This document shows, piece by piece, positions 63,560 to 64,000 of a DNA stretch of 64,000 nucleotides. The DNA comes from Candidatus Pelagadaptatus aseana (GTDB lineage Bacteria > Pseudomonadota > Gammaproteobacteria > Pseudomonadales > Cellvibrionaceae). A program made the position numbers and the translations under genes. Position 1 is the first letter of the stretch, and every line of letters begins with the position of its first letter. The stretch is taken from assembly GCA_040365065.1 (NCBI GenBank), contig BAABNI010000004.1, forward strand, positions 80,854 through 144,853, in the 5' to 3' direction. The notes under the pieces are model-generated. The model saw nothing but the letters and a program-made list of their open reading frames with translations. It ran no database searches and was not told the DNA's origin.

Positions 63560-63994
63560 TTATTGACCCAGGGTCAGCACTCGCTGAACCATTTGCTTGG
63601 CGTTATTCATCACTTCCACATTCACCTGAAAAGATCGGGAGGCGGAAATCATGTCTGTCATTTCTTCCACTACGTTGACATTGGGGTAATAGACATAACC
63701 CTCTTCATTGGCCATTGGGTGATGAGGTTCATAGCGTGGCTGCAAAGGGGCATCGCTTTCCACAATCCCCATGACTCGAACACCGGCTTCACTGTCAGCA
63801 TTAACCTGAGGCGCACCGAGATCCATAGCCTTGTTGTAAGTCGCTGCAAACACTGGCTTACGGGCCCGGTAGGTTTCATCGATACTCGAACTGGCGGTTT
63901 GGGCATTGGCCAGATTACTGGCCGTGGTATTGATGCGCACACTTTGAGCGCTCATACCCGAACCTGCGATATTGAATACATTTCCAAGTGCCAT
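63560..63994 (-). CDS. flgC: Flagellar proximal rod protein FlgC
   Basis: 144 aa. MALGNVFNIAGSGMSAQSVRINTTASNLANAQT... and the C-terminal YPNVNVVEEMTDMISASRSFQVNVEVMNNAKQM. Confidence 0.95.
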   Translation of the reverse strand: MALGNVFNIAGSGMSAQSVRINTTASNLANAQTASSSIDETYRARKPVFAATYNKAMDLGAPQVNADSEAGVRVMGIVESDAPLQPRYEPHHPMANEEGYVYYPNVNVVEEMTDMISASRSFQVNVEVMNNAKQMVQRVLTLGQ

Positions 63995-64000
63995 TGTGTA

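Overview
This is a gammaproteobacterial chromosomal segment, judged from gene content and from sigma-54, sigma-28, LexA and NrdR site types. I cannot assign a species from sequence alone.

Positions 1-33.7 kb hold mixed housekeeping and accessory genes:
- A truncated coiled-coil membrane protein, a class V aminotransferase, an orphan solute-binding protein and a J-domain membrane protein.
- Three paralogous AraC-type regulators, each beside small oxidoreductase or unknown-function cassettes: cupin dioxygenase plus a two-domain SDR fusion; two small hypothetical proteins (one with a signal peptide, one membrane-anchored); TauD-type dioxygenase plus hydratase.
- A cold-shock protein.
- A large molybdenum-cofactor and molybdate supercluster: moeA, moeB, a candidate Moco riboswitch, moaA-mobA-moaB-moaC-moaD-moaE and modABC. 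A chemoreceptor and a DGC-domain protein are embedded in it.
- A split class II ribonucleotide reductase (nrdJa/nrdJb) behind tandem NrdR boxes.
- A PAS-GGDEF sensor and a hemerythrin plus radical-SAM pair.
- SOS-regulated umuDC, a ParE/RHH toxin-antitoxin cassette and tRNA-Arg(ACG).

Positions 33.9-64 kb are a flagellar cluster: fliS, fliD, flaG, fliC, a second fliS, a fliT-like gene, flgL, flgK, flgJ, flgI, flgH, flgG, flgF, flgE, flgD and flgC.

The standout observations are:
- All four surface-exposed axial proteins are about 2.5-3x normal size: hook FlgE 1330 aa, junction FlgK 1521 aa, flagellin 1234 aa and cap FliD 1169 aa. The rod, ring, FlgD and FlgL proteins are ordinary. The expansions are built from related repeat modules, some clearly shared between different proteins.
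- Two paralogous TPR plus SAM-methyltransferase fusion genes with near-identical sigma-54 promoters bracket the flagellin.
- A REP/MITE-like ~30-nt repeat family with covarying stem positions occupies most operon junctions of the flagellar cluster, and also splits moaD from moaE.

No CRISPR array, rRNA, integrase or transposase was seen.
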